From positions 559 to 64,558 of the forward strand of contig CAYLOJ010000002.1 of assembly GCA_964385285.1 (NCBI GenBank): a stretch of 64,000 bases of DNA. The letters are read 5' to 3'. Positions 28,143 to 37,262 of the stretch are shown here, one piece after another. The position numbers were made by a program, and so were the translations under genes. The DNA is from an uncultured Gammaproteobacteria bacterium (GTDB lineage Bacteria > Patescibacteriota > Patescibacteriia > UBA9570). The first letter of the stretch is position 1. Each line of letters begins with the position of its first letter. The notes under the pieces were generated by a model, which saw only the letters and a program-made list of their open reading frames with translations, did no database searches and had not been told where the DNA came from.

Positions 28143-28180
28143 GTAGAGACGTTGTTCGCAACGTCTCTACTTTTGTATTT
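28143..28180 (+). terminator. Rho-independent terminator (12-bp perfect stem, T-tract) after hup; member of the TAGAGACG hairpin family
   Basis: GTAGAGACGTTG-ttcg-CAACGTCTCTAC followed by TTTTGTATTT. Confidence 0.75.
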
Positions 28181-28249
28181 AGACCGATTTCAGCTTGTCT
28201 ATTCAACCCAATGTTTGTATACTAGGAACGTTATTCTTAATGCCAATCT

Positions 28250-28747
28250 ATGCAAAGTTTTCGTTATCGTTTAATTGCTAGTTCTGCTGTCATCGTATTG
28301 ATGGCCACGGGATGCGCAACTAATAGTTCTACAGTCACAACCAACGTGAATACTGCTACTGTGAACACGAATACTGTAAATCCTGCAGGGGAAACCACTT
28401 TGAGTGGTAGTGCGGATGCCAATGTGAATGATACTCCAACAGCAACTGCAGATGATGACACCACAGTGAATACCACGAAAACATTTGACGTTGTAGCTAG
28501 TCAATTTTCCTTTAGTCCAAGTACGGTTACTGTGAATCAAGGTGATACCGTAGTCATCAACCTAACTACGGAAGACGTTCCCCATGGCTTTTCCTTGCCA
28601 GATTTCGATATCAACGAGACGATTACTCCAGGCAAAACAACTACGGTAGAGTTTGTGGCTGATCAAACAGGCAGCTTCTCCTTTTCCTGTTCAGTGGCTT
28701 GTGGCGCTGGCCACAGTAGTATGCGGGGTACACTGGTCGTCAATTAA
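28250..28747 (+). CDS. Cupredoxin-fold lipoprotein with a CuA-like binuclear copper motif (CoxII-like domain)
   Basis: Lipobox LMATGC, an N/T-rich linker, then VPHGFSLPDF...FSCSVACGAGHSSMRG, which gives H...C-x3-C-G-x2-H-x2-M as in the cytochrome oxidase subunit II / N2O reductase CuA site. Confidence 0.5.
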   Translation: MQSFRYRLIASSAVIVLMATGCATNSSTVTTNVNTATVNTNTVNPAGETTLSGSADANVNDTPTATADDDTTVNTTKTFDVVASQFSFSPSTVTVNQGDTVVINLTTEDVPHGFSLPDFDINETITPGKTTTVEFVADQTGSFSFSCSVACGAGHSSMRGTLVVN

Positions 28748-28789
28748 TTTTTTTGCTAACTAATTTTTATTACTAACGTTTTTGCATCT

Positions 28790-29362
28790 ATGCGTACAAC
28801 AACCTCGTTAGCTGCTCTGTTGCTCTCCACTGTCGTAGTGGCCGGCTGCATGGGTGGTTCAGACAATGTTAACCGCCCAGCTCGTACCTCTGGTACGAAC
28901 GATACCAACAGTGTGGCCGTTAAGGACTATGCCGTTGGGGAAGAAGCTCCAGCCGGTGATATCGTCCACAAAGTAGTCTCCGTTGAACAGATGGATGTAA
29001 TTCCATCTTCAGCGACCTTACCAGAATGGGAGATCATTGCTGAAGAAACTCCAGCGGATGAAGGCTTTACATGGCTCCATATTAAAGGTGAAGTGACCAA
29101 CAACAGTAAAGAAACTCAGACCGTTAGTACTAACGGAGTCTATGTGATGGATGCTGATGAAAACCAATTTGAGGTTTCCACAGACACCACGATTTATGTA
29201 GATAGTGATTCCTCACCTGTCTACATCAGTTTGCAGCCCACTCAAACCGTTGACTGGGAAGGTTATTTTGAAGTGCCTAAGGCAGCGACTGGCTTAGTTC
29301 TCGTAGGGAACGATCTTTCGTTCTTACCAGAAAGCGAAGTCCATATCGACTTAGGATTGTAA
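28790..29362 (+). CDS. Hypothetical lipoprotein
   Basis: Lipobox VVVAGC. 190 aa. No recognised domain. Confidence 0.4.
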   Translation: MRTTTSLAALLLSTVVVAGCMGGSDNVNRPARTSGTNDTNSVAVKDYAVGEEAPAGDIVHKVVSVEQMDVIPSSATLPEWEIIAEETPADEGFTWLHIKGEVTNNSKETQTVSTNGVYVMDADENQFEVSTDTTIYVDSDSSPVYISLQPTQTVDWEGYFEVPKAATGLVLVGNDLSFLPESEVHIDLGL

Positions 29363-29378
29363 GATTTCTCCAGAGCAT

Positions 29379-29441
29379 AACACCCGGTGTCATACCGGGT
29401 GTTATAAAAAATAACCCCACACGTGATGTGTGGGGTTATTT
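29379..29441. terminator. Bidirectional terminator region between convergent genes (two hairpins; the second is flanked by an A-tract and a T-tract)
   Basis: Hairpin 1: AACACCCGGT-gtcat-ACCGGGTGTT (29379-29403). Hairpin 2: ataaaaaataa-CCCCACAC-gtgat-GTGTGGGG-ttattt (29404-29441). Confidence 0.6.
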
Positions 29442-29453
29442 AGTTATTGCGGT

Positions 29454-30233
29454 TTATTGTGCAGTGTTGGTATTGCTATTATCGTTGGTAGCATCAGCGT
29501 TAGGATCTTGTCCTTCTGGATACCCAACGACTACTTTCCCATCGGCGGTCGCTTTGACATCAAACATGACATTAGCTGTTTGGATCAATTGTGCATCGAC
29601 CGTTGCTTTGTCGCAATCATTCAAGGCATCATAAGCTTCGTTGACATACACGATTGAACCTTCACTAGTATATTCCACCCAACGTAAACGAATGCCGCTA
29701 GCAGCATTGTCATAACCAGTTTCCTCGGAAGTAGGGCCAGCGAGATCAGCCAAGATAATTTGGCCGTAGAAATCATCGCTAGGCGTGACAGCTCGTTTCA
29801 CCGGAGAAACTTCACCGCAACTCGCACCGTCTTTAGGGAAGTAAAGGGTAATAACCTCTTCACCTTCACCGGCTACAACCTCATCGGCAGTTTCATCCGC
29901 GCTGTTGGTATTGCTGTTACTGTTAGTGTTGGTATTACTATTCTCGGGTTCTACTAAACCAGCATTCGTGTTGCTGTTATTTGTATTCGCATTACTATTG
30001 CTATTACCATTGCTATTTGCGTTCTTGTTCGCATTCGCATTTTTATTCTTGTTTGCGTTGCTATTGGCAGTAGCATTTACTGTATTGGTACTTGTGTCGG
30101 TATCGTCGCTTGGGGCAATTAATAAATAAGCGAAGTAGCCGATTAGGGCCAATAAAACGGCGATAACTACGCCGAAAATTAGATAGAGTGATTTGGATTG
30201 TTTGTTCTTCATCATGGCTTCACTATACACCAT
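29454..30233 (-). CDS. Membrane-anchored protein with an Asn-rich low-complexity linker (possible GerMN-like domain)
   Basis: N-terminal TM (LYLIFGVVIAVLLALIGYFAYLLI). Linker ANSNANKNKNANANKNANSNGNSNSNANTNN, encoded by imperfect tandem DNA repeats at about 29950-30070. Globular C-terminal domain. Confidence 0.4.
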   Translation of the reverse strand: MVYSEAMMKNKQSKSLYLIFGVVIAVLLALIGYFAYLLIAPSDDTDTSTNTVNATANSNANKNKNANANKNANSNGNSNSNANTNNSNTNAGLVEPENSNTNTNSNSNTNSADETADEVVAGEGEEVITLYFPKDGASCGEVSPVKRAVTPSDDFYGQIILADLAGPTSEETGYDNAASGIRLRWVEYTSEGSIVYVNEAYDALNDCDKATVDAQLIQTANVMFDVKATADGKVVVGYPEGQDPNADATNDNSNTNTAQ

Positions 30234-30249
30234 GTGCTATCATATTGTC

Positions 30250-30975
30250 ATGTTCAAATCAACGTATTTGTTGGCTGTTTGCCTAGGGTTGAGTGTAATG
30301 GTATTAGCTGGTTGCACCCTGCCGGTATTGCAAAAGTCTAGCTCTACCACTGTGATTGCTGATCCGATAAAACAGTTTCAACAGCAGGCGGAGGATTTGG
30401 GTAATACCATAGAGTTAGAATCACAGATGCAGAATTTGTTCGCCAGCCAGGCGAAATCTGAAGATGTAAATTTTACCTACCCCATTGAAGCATACACCAC
30501 TGCACGTACTCAAAAAACGTTTGGTCAGTATATTGAACCTGACAGTGGGGATCGTTTCAGTGGTTATCACACTGGTGACGATGTTGAAGTGTCCGACCGT
30601 TCAGTAGAAGTCCCTGTCTATGTGTTAGCAGATGCCATGGTCATACAGAAGCAGGTAGTATCTGGTTATGGTGGAGTAGTCATTCTTGAATTTACTGCGG
30701 ATGCCGTCACTTACCATGCCTTATACGGTCACTTAGATTTAGCATCTGTTACTGCCGAGGTTGGTGATCAGCTTAAACAAGGTGATCAGTTAGGTGTATT
30801 AGGCGAAGATCAATCTACCGAAACGGATGGTGAACGTAAACACTTGCATTTTGGTCTTTATCCTTACACAGGCACAGAGTTATATGCTGGGTATGTACAA
30901 AATAATGCAGATTTAGTCCATTGGATTAATCCCGCTGATTTTTTACGCGAGCATCAGGCCATTGCCGCAAAATAA
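30250..30975 (+). CDS. M23 family metallopeptidase lipoprotein
   Basis: Lipobox MVLAGC. HxxxD motif (GYHTGDD) and HxH motif (KHLHFGLYP) of LytM/M23. Confidence 0.65.
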   Translation: MFKSTYLLAVCLGLSVMVLAGCTLPVLQKSSSTTVIADPIKQFQQQAEDLGNTIELESQMQNLFASQAKSEDVNFTYPIEAYTTARTQKTFGQYIEPDSGDRFSGYHTGDDVEVSDRSVEVPVYVLADAMVIQKQVVSGYGGVVILEFTADAVTYHALYGHLDLASVTAEVGDQLKQGDQLGVLGEDQSTETDGERKHLHFGLYPYTGTELYAGYVQNNADLVHWINPADFLREHQAIAAK

Positions 30976-31039
30976 TGTGATATTCAAGAGGCAATTCCGG
31001 TAAGGGCAACCCTAGGGTTGTCCCTACTTGACCATTTTG

Positions 31040-31232
31040 AGACCCTGGTTTATCCTAAGCCATACCTTTACAACTTTTAGGGGAATCCGGTTAGAATCCG
31101 GAGCTGTGCCGCAACCGTATGTCTGAATGTTAGACGAGCCGGGATACCTCTTATCGTGTATGTTCTCGAGCAAGGACAGACGATCGATGTATCCTCATCT
31201 GTTGTCGTCCTGCTCTCAGCAGGATTTTTTTA
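31040..31232 (+). ncRNA. Cobalamin (B12) riboswitch with a terminator expression platform
   Basis: Core AGGGGAATCCGGTTAGAATCCGGAGCTGTGCCGCAACCGTATG is close to the E. coli btuB leader core (AGGGAATCCAGTGCGAATCTGGAGCTGACGCGCAGCGGTAAGG, as recalled). It is followed by terminator TCCTGCT-ctc-AGCAGGA + TTTTTTT at 31208-31231, 22 nt before the start of CDS 31253. Confidence 0.7.
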
Positions 31233-31252
31233 TTCTCTATCCAAAAGCCGAC

Positions 31253-31879
31253 ATGCTAAAACGCCTCATCACAATTTATCTCCCTATGCTGGTTGTGATT
31301 AGCGTTGCGTTCATCGCTGGCCGCCAATTGTATTACGATAATGATGTCACGTTGGATGATGTAGCATTCGTGGAATCATCGAATACTCTAAATAGCAATG
31401 CAAATGTAGTGCAGCCTGCTGATGAATCATTAAATACAGAGCAGATACCGGAAGATGCAGTACTTGTAAACACTGAAACTGTAGTTGCACCGGTAGATGC
31501 TGTAGAGACTGAGCCAGTCAAGGAGATTGTGGAGCCAGTAGCGGTGACTGAGCCAGAAGCAGAGGTGGTGACACAGAATGTGGTTGTCACGATCAGTGGA
31601 CCGGGGATCACTAAACGTTGTGTGGTGACATACACAGATGATTTATCTGTACATCAGTTGATGCAGCAAGCGAGTCAACAGTGCAATTTTGCTTACCGCG
31701 TTAAAGATTATACCTCTCTCGGTGCGTTTGTGGATGAGCTGGGTGGTGTGACTTCGAGTCGCAAAGAGGGGAGATACTGGATTTACTACGTGAATGGCAA
31801 AAAAGCAAACGTCGGTGTGTCGTCCTATACAGTGGCGCCGGACGATCTGGTGGCCTGGGTGTATGAGCAAGAATATTAA
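31253..31879 (+). CDS. DUF4430 (transcobalamin-like) domain protein, membrane-anchored; putative B12-binding surface protein
   Basis: N-terminal TM (MLKRLITIYLPMLVVISVAFIAG). C-terminus GAFVDELGGVTSSRKEGRYWIYYVNGKKANVGVSSYTVAPDDLVAWVY matches the DUF4430 signature (YW-Y-VNG ... GD-V-W-Y). Lies directly downstream of the B12 riboswitch. Confidence 0.6.
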   Translation: MLKRLITIYLPMLVVISVAFIAGRQLYYDNDVTLDDVAFVESSNTLNSNANVVQPADESLNTEQIPEDAVLVNTETVVAPVDAVETEPVKEIVEPVAVTEPEAEVVTQNVVVTISGPGITKRCVVTYTDDLSVHQLMQQASQQCNFAYRVKDYTSLGAFVDELGGVTSSRKEGRYWIYYVNGKKANVGVSSYTVAPDDLVAWVYEQEY

Positions 31880-31897
31880 TTAGTTAATTGATTAGTA

Positions 31898-33433
31898 GTG
31901 TATTTTATGAAACGTTATTTACTCAGCCTGCTCATGTTCGTAGTCGCTAGTCCGGCTGCGGCTAGTAGTTATATTCAAACTAATCTGCGCGTTGAGACTG
32001 CCGACGAGACAGTGTATGCCGGTGATGTCTACATCAGTTCCGATGGTTGCGCAGTACGCGACACAGATGGCGTGAAACATCAGATTGATGGTGCTGCAGC
32101 CGTCTGTGCGTTAAAAGCGGCTGCAACGCTAGGTGGCTTTGAGTATGCATTGCAAGATTCCAGTTACGGTTTATACCTAACGAGTGTGGATGGTCATGCT
32201 GCCACGAGTGCCGACTATTGGTCCTTCTTTGTGAACTATACCGTCGCTTCAACCGGCTTAACCGATTACACTTTGAGTAATGGTGACAATGTGATTTTGT
32301 CATTAGGCGGGTATCCCAATAATGCTTTAGAATTAAAAGTGCCTAGTAAACAAGTATTGGTCAATGAAAAATTGGTAGTGCGGGTGAAATCTAATGGTGA
32401 ACCGGTCAGTGGGGCAACGGTCCATTTTGGAGATGTGACGACGCAGACTGATAGTTTAGGAAAGGCTCGCTATACACCAACCGATACCACAAATGGTTTG
32501 GAGGTGTATGCTACTGCAGACGGAGCTACGCGTACTCCGACTGCAAGTATTCGTGTGATGCGCCGCTATACAGAGAATACTAGAGTGAACGTTGCTAATC
32601 AGCAGACGATGTTAACAGCAGCCGCAGATTTTTTACTGGCTCGTGTCGATGCCGATGGCATGATCTCGGGTAGTCAGAGTGTGACCGATTGGACAGCAAT
32701 TGCGTTTGCCAATGCAGGCATTACGGTTCCCGCAGCTATGCAAACTGCGGTCTTAGCTTACGATCCAACCATTGAGGTTGCCTATGCGACCAATGAAATC
32801 GCGCGTCATATTTTGGCTGTTGAAGCATTGGGCTATGATGCGACCGATCAAAACGGCGTCAATTATGTAGCCCGCTTGCTCAATACAAAGGCGCACGGTC
32901 AATTTGGTGATACTGCCTACGTCAATGATGATCTCTACGCTGGCTTAGCGCTATTGGCCGCTGGTGTTGCCAGTGATGATGCGGATGTATTGCGTGCTGT
33001 CACTGCTGCCAAAGACAGTCTGAATAGTGACGGTGGATTATCCTATGCTGTGGCGTTAGACGAAAGTGATAATGATACCACTGCCATTTTTGTACAGTTG
33101 CTTAGTAACATCGGTGATAATTCTAAGGCGTATCGCCAGGCAGTGCAGTATCTGCTCGATCAGCAAAACTATGATGGGGGTTGGGGCTACGATAATCATG
33201 GATTATCTAACTCCTCAAGCACAGCGGTAGTCTTACAGGCCTTGCATGCAGCTGGGTATACGCCTAATAAAGTACGCAGTAATCACCGCACAGGTTACAA
33301 CTTCTTAGCCTCGATCCAAAATAGTAATGGAGCTTTTGATTATGACGTGCTCGGCTCGTATAGTTACAAGACCTTAAATTCTGAAGCCGCCATTTTGGCC
33401 CTGGCCCACGCTTGGCTAGGTATGGTAGACTAA
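31898..33433 (+). CDS. Secreted protein: N-terminal DUF4430-like domain, CarboxypepD_reg-like domain, C-terminal prenyltransferase/squalene-oxidase-like alpha-alpha toroid repeats
   Basis: Signal peptide. The N-terminal block ending SADYWSFFVNYTVASTGLTDYTLSNGDNVILSLGGY is DUF4430-like. QW-type repeats (QQNYDGGWGYDNHGLSNSSSTAVVLQALHAAGY) are typical of the prenyltransferase-like toroid. Confidence 0.5.
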   Translation: MYFMKRYLLSLLMFVVASPAAASSYIQTNLRVETADETVYAGDVYISSDGCAVRDTDGVKHQIDGAAAVCALKAAATLGGFEYALQDSSYGLYLTSVDGHAATSADYWSFFVNYTVASTGLTDYTLSNGDNVILSLGGYPNNALELKVPSKQVLVNEKLVVRVKSNGEPVSGATVHFGDVTTQTDSLGKARYTPTDTTNGLEVYATADGATRTPTASIRVMRRYTENTRVNVANQQTMLTAAADFLLARVDADGMISGSQSVTDWTAIAFANAGITVPAAMQTAVLAYDPTIEVAYATNEIARHILAVEALGYDATDQNGVNYVARLLNTKAHGQFGDTAYVNDDLYAGLALLAAGVASDDADVLRAVTAAKDSLNSDGGLSYAVALDESDNDTTAIFVQLLSNIGDNSKAYRQAVQYLLDQQNYDGGWGYDNHGLSNSSSTAVVLQALHAAGYTPNKVRSNHRTGYNFLASIQNSNGAFDYDVLGSYSYKTLNSEAAILALAHAWLGMVD

Positions 33434-33437
33434 ACCT

Positions 33438-34025
33438 ATGATTCACACTCCAAAAGATTTCAAACACTTAGTTGGCCAACTTCCTGGCATGACTGATCGT
33501 CAAGTGGAAACCCATTTAGGCTTATATGCGGGTTATGTTAAGAAGCTCAATGAAATTCAGGACAAGCTCAAGACGGTTGATCCAGCCGATAGTAACTATA
33601 GCTTTGGTGCGTTTTCCGAATTAAAACGTCGTGAAACGGTTGCTTTCAATGGTTCTTATCTCCACCAAGCATATTTCGAAAACATGACGCCGGCTAAAAC
33701 CGAAGTATTATCAAGCTTTCATGCTGCAATTGAGCAGAGTTGGGGTACTTGGGATAAGTTCGTGGCTGATATCAAGGGTTCAGCAGCTTCAACTCCAGGC
33801 TGGGTGATTTTGACGAAGAATCAAGTAGATGGATTGCTGCACACCTATATCATGTATGAGCATCATGTAGGCTTTCCAGTCCACAATAACGTTATCATGG
33901 CGTTAGATTGTTGGGAACATGCCTTTGCCATCGATTATGGTACTGATAAAGCCAAATACGTGGAAAATTTCTTGAGTGTGGTCGATTGGAATATTGTCGC
34001 TGAACGGTTTGCTGCACTGAAGTAG
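33438..34025 (+). CDS. sod: Fe/Mn superoxide dismutase
   Basis: VAFNGSYLHQAYFENM and DCWEHAFAIDYG are the classic Fe/Mn-SOD metal-ligand motifs. 195 aa. Confidence 0.85.
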   Translation: MIHTPKDFKHLVGQLPGMTDRQVETHLGLYAGYVKKLNEIQDKLKTVDPADSNYSFGAFSELKRRETVAFNGSYLHQAYFENMTPAKTEVLSSFHAAIEQSWGTWDKFVADIKGSAASTPGWVILTKNQVDGLLHTYIMYEHHVGFPVHNNVIMALDCWEHAFAIDYGTDKAKYVENFLSVVDWNIVAERFAALK

Positions 34026-34040
34026 TCAGCAGACAGATCA

Positions 34041-34075
34041 ATAGAGACGTAGCTAGCTACGTCTCTATTTTTTTA
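34041..34075 (+). terminator. Rho-independent terminator after sod; TAGAGACG hairpin family
   Basis: ATAGAGACGTAGC-ta-GCTACGTCTCTAT followed by TTTTTTT. Confidence 0.75.
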
Positions 34076-34127
34076 GCGAGGTTTCTATTTAGGCTTTTTT
34101 TCAATTCGTGTTATACTAAAGCCCGTT

Positions 34128-35189
34128 ATGCTCACTGATCAGCCGGTTTGGCAAGCTTTATTTAATCACGTGCGCGAAGCCGTAGTTGTGATCGATAAAA
34201 ACGAGAAGATCGCAGATTGCAATGGAAGTTTTGTAGACTTGGCGCAGCAAGATCAAGCTGCAATGATTGGCAAAAGCTTGGACGAGATTTTACCATTACT
34301 GCAACCGAGCAGTAATCTCTCGGCTGCTTGGCAATATACACCTACGCATCAGTGGGTGACTACGCAAAAATTCAAACGGCCGAATAAGCTGGAGCAGGTG
34401 TCTATTGGTTTTCAAGTGGTGAAAACCGAAACAGACGATGAAGTCACAACCTTAGTGTTAATTCGTGATTTGACCCGCGAGCAAGAGCTCATGGAGCTGC
34501 GTTCTGAGTTTGTTTCCATTGTTTCGCATCAATTACGCACTCCGGCTTCTGCAGTGAAATGGTACTTAGAAACTTTAATCGACAATCGTCGCGGCAACGA
34601 ACTCAATGAATGGCAAGTAGATAAGCTACACCAAGCCTATCAAAGTAATGAACGCATGATCTCACTGATCAATGATCTACTGAATGTATCACGTTTAGAT
34701 TCTGGAAAATTCCTATTAAAACCGACCGAGGTATCGCTTTATAAATTATTCGAAGAGGTGAAGGACGAACTCTATCATTTTGCGCATGCACATAATGTTG
34801 ATATCGTGAATAAAGCTCCAGCCGATTTACCTGTGGTCTCGGCAGATAGGGATAAAGTCCGTGAGGTGATCTTAAATTTAGTGAATAACGCCATTAAGTA
34901 TAGTCCTCCTGGTCATCGTGAAGTGGTGATTAGTACACGCATCCAAGACGGTTTTGTGGAGAGCAGCGTACAAGATCAAGGCATTGGGGTTCCAGCTAAA
35001 GATCAGGCCCATTTATTTGAAAAATTTTACCGCGCTGATAATGCCATTGAATCACAAACCGAAGGCTCTGGCTTAGGCCTATATATTGCTCGTGAAATCG
35101 TCCGCCTCCACGGCGGTGATATTTGGCTTACTTCTAAAGAGGGAGTAGGAACCACAGTCTATTTTTCATTACCCATTTATGCCCATTGA
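34128..35189 (+). CDS. Cytoplasmic PAS-domain sensor histidine kinase
   Basis: No TM segment. H-box SHQLRTPASAVKWYLETL. N-box and G-box LNLVNNAIKYS, GSGLGLYIAREIVRLHGGDIW. Confidence 0.8.
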   Translation: MLTDQPVWQALFNHVREAVVVIDKNEKIADCNGSFVDLAQQDQAAMIGKSLDEILPLLQPSSNLSAAWQYTPTHQWVTTQKFKRPNKLEQVSIGFQVVKTETDDEVTTLVLIRDLTREQELMELRSEFVSIVSHQLRTPASAVKWYLETLIDNRRGNELNEWQVDKLHQAYQSNERMISLINDLLNVSRLDSGKFLLKPTEVSLYKLFEEVKDELYHFAHAHNVDIVNKAPADLPVVSADRDKVREVILNLVNNAIKYSPPGHREVVISTRIQDGFVESSVQDQGIGVPAKDQAHLFEKFYRADNAIESQTEGSGLGLYIAREIVRLHGGDIWLTSKEGVGTTVYFSLPIYAH

Positions 35190-35583
35190 TTTCAAATCCT
35201 ACACTATATTAATCGTCGAAGATGAATCCTTCTTATCCAAAGTGTTAGCGGAACGGATGGAAGATGAAGGATTTGGTCGCATTACTGTGGCTGGAAATGG
35301 CGAAGAAGCATTAGAACAGGTGAAGGCGCATATCCCCAACATCATTTTATTAGATATGATTTTGCCACGCATGAATGGTTTTGAGGTCTTAGAGCACTTG
35401 CAGGCTGATCCTAAATTCAAAAAAATTCCCGTATTAGTACTGTCGAATCTTGGTCAAGATCAAGATATTGAACAGGCTAAAACACTTGGTGCTACCGACT
35501 ACATCGTCAAAAGTAATTTCTCGTTACAGAAAGTTGTAGAAAAAATTGTCACTATTTTGTCAGCGACCACTCCTAAAGCTTAA
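35179..35583 (+). CDS. Receiver-only (CheY-like) response regulator
   Basis: ILIVEDE...LLDMILPRMNGFEVL...VLSNLG...TDYIVKS. 134 aa with no output domain. Overlaps the kinase stop. Confidence 0.75.
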   Translation: MPIDFKSYTILIVEDESFLSKVLAERMEDEGFGRITVAGNGEEALEQVKAHIPNIILLDMILPRMNGFEVLEHLQADPKFKKIPVLVLSNLGQDQDIEQAKTLGATDYIVKSNFSLQKVVEKIVTILSATTPKA

Positions 35584-35588
35584 CGTGT

Positions 35589-37259
35589 TTGACTATGCTC
35601 AGTGACGCCAAATTACAACAGATCATCAGTGAAACAAAGGTTGTGCCTGAGGCCGACTTAGCTGAAGCGCTTAGTTTTGCCCAGAAGGAGCAACGTCCAC
35701 TCGCAGATATTTTAGTCGAGCGCGATCTGTTATCCGATGAACAACTTGGTCAGTTGATTGCTGAACACGCCGGTTATGCATTTGTTAATTTGCGGAAGGT
35801 AAGTATTCCTGACGATGTTTTGCGTATTGTTCCAGAAAGCATGGCACGAGCGATGCGTGTCATCGCCTTTGGGCAAACTAGCCAATCCATTCAGTTGGCA
35901 ATGGCTAATCCGTTAGACGTTGCCACAGTTCACTTGATTGAGAAAAAAATAGGCAAGTTAGCAGAGGTAGCATTCGCAACCGATCGCGATGTACGTGACG
36001 CCCTGGGTTACTATAAACGGGGATTACAATTTGAATTTGCAAAGTTAGTGGAAGATAAATTAGGCGGTAACGATGCCACTCCGCCCGTCGTAGAGTTGTT
36101 AGAAATCATGGTGCAGTATGCCTATTTGCAAAAAGCCTCCGATATTCATATTGAGCCCACAGATGACAATGTAGTGGTGCGGTTCCGTGTTGATGGTGTG
36201 CTGCATGACATGGTTAAGTTGCCCAAACATCTCTTGGAAACCTTGATTACACGTATTAAAATTTTAGCTAAACTCCGTACCGATGAACATCGCTCTGCAC
36301 AGGATGGGAAAATGGTACAAAAATTAGAACAAGAAGATCTAGATATTCGTGTTTCCATTCTGCCTGTGTCCGAAGGGGAAAAGGCAGTTTTGCGTTTGTT
36401 ATCTAGTCGATCACGTCAGTATGCATTAGAAGATATTGGCTTTGGATCAAGCGATGTTGAACGCGTACGTAAATATTTGAAACGTCCTCAAGGCATGATT
36501 TTAGTGACTGGACCTACCGGTTCGGGTAAGACGACAACATTGTATGCGTTTTTGAAAATTCTAAATCGCCGTGAGGTGAATATTTCTACGATTGAGGATC
36601 CTGTGGAATATGCGATCGCTGGGATTAATCAAATTCAGGTCAACGCTGCTACTAATCTAACTTTTGCAACTGGCTTGCGCTCCATTGTCCGGCAAGATCC
36701 TGACATTATCATGATTGGAGAAATCCGTGATCAAGAAACAGCTAGTATTGCCGTGAATTCGGCAATGACTGGCCACTTGGTGTTATCCACGTTGCACACG
36801 AATGACGCAGCAACAACGTTGCCACGGTTACTGGATATGCAAGTAGAGCCCTACTTGGTTGCATCTACAGTGAACATCGCCGTGGGGCAACGGTTAGTAC
36901 GAAAAATTTGTACTCAATGTGTGATGAGTGAGGTAGTGACCGGGGATCAGATGAAAGAGTTGATGCAGCAATTCCACTTGGAGAAATATATCAAAAAGGA
37001 TGCGAAGCAGTTACGCTTCTATAAAGGCCGTGGTTGCAACAGTTGTAATCATTCCGGTTACGTAGGTCGAGTAGGTGTATTTGAAGTGCTAGAGATGTCT
37101 ACGGCAATTCGCCAGTTGATTTTAAATCATGCTGATTCCGATCAGATTAAGCAGCAAGCCATTAAGGAGGGGATGACCACTATGTTTGAAGATGGTTTTC
37201 ATAAAGCTTTGTTGGGGGTAACAACCTTAGAAGAGGTTTTACGCGTCGTGGCTGAATAA
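35589..37259 (+). CDS. pilB: Type IV pilus assembly ATPase PilB (GspE family)
   Basis: GSPII_E N-terminal domain, Walker A GPTGSGKTTTLYA, and a tetracysteine motif CTQC...CNSCNHSG. Confidence 0.85.
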   Translation: MTMLSDAKLQQIISETKVVPEADLAEALSFAQKEQRPLADILVERDLLSDEQLGQLIAEHAGYAFVNLRKVSIPDDVLRIVPESMARAMRVIAFGQTSQSIQLAMANPLDVATVHLIEKKIGKLAEVAFATDRDVRDALGYYKRGLQFEFAKLVEDKLGGNDATPPVVELLEIMVQYAYLQKASDIHIEPTDDNVVVRFRVDGVLHDMVKLPKHLLETLITRIKILAKLRTDEHRSAQDGKMVQKLEQEDLDIRVSILPVSEGEKAVLRLLSSRSRQYALEDIGFGSSDVERVRKYLKRPQGMILVTGPTGSGKTTTLYAFLKILNRREVNISTIEDPVEYAIAGINQIQVNAATNLTFATGLRSIVRQDPDIIMIGEIRDQETASIAVNSAMTGHLVLSTLHTNDAATTLPRLLDMQVEPYLVASTVNIAVGQRLVRKICTQCVMSEVVTGDQMKELMQQFHLEKYIKKDAKQLRFYKGRGCNSCNHSGYVGRVGVFEVLEMSTAIRQLILNHADSDQIKQQAIKEGMTTMFEDGFHKALLGVTTLEEVLRVVAE

Positions 37260-37262
37260 CCT

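Noticed and set aside
29930-30075. Short imperfect tandem DNA repeats (aat/agc/aac-rich), also at 14400-14560 and 26880-27480
   Set aside because: They lie inside coding regions and encode Asn-rich or DxDxDG low-complexity protein linkers. Not CRISPR arrays (no regular spacer-repeat periodicity) and not non-coding satellites.
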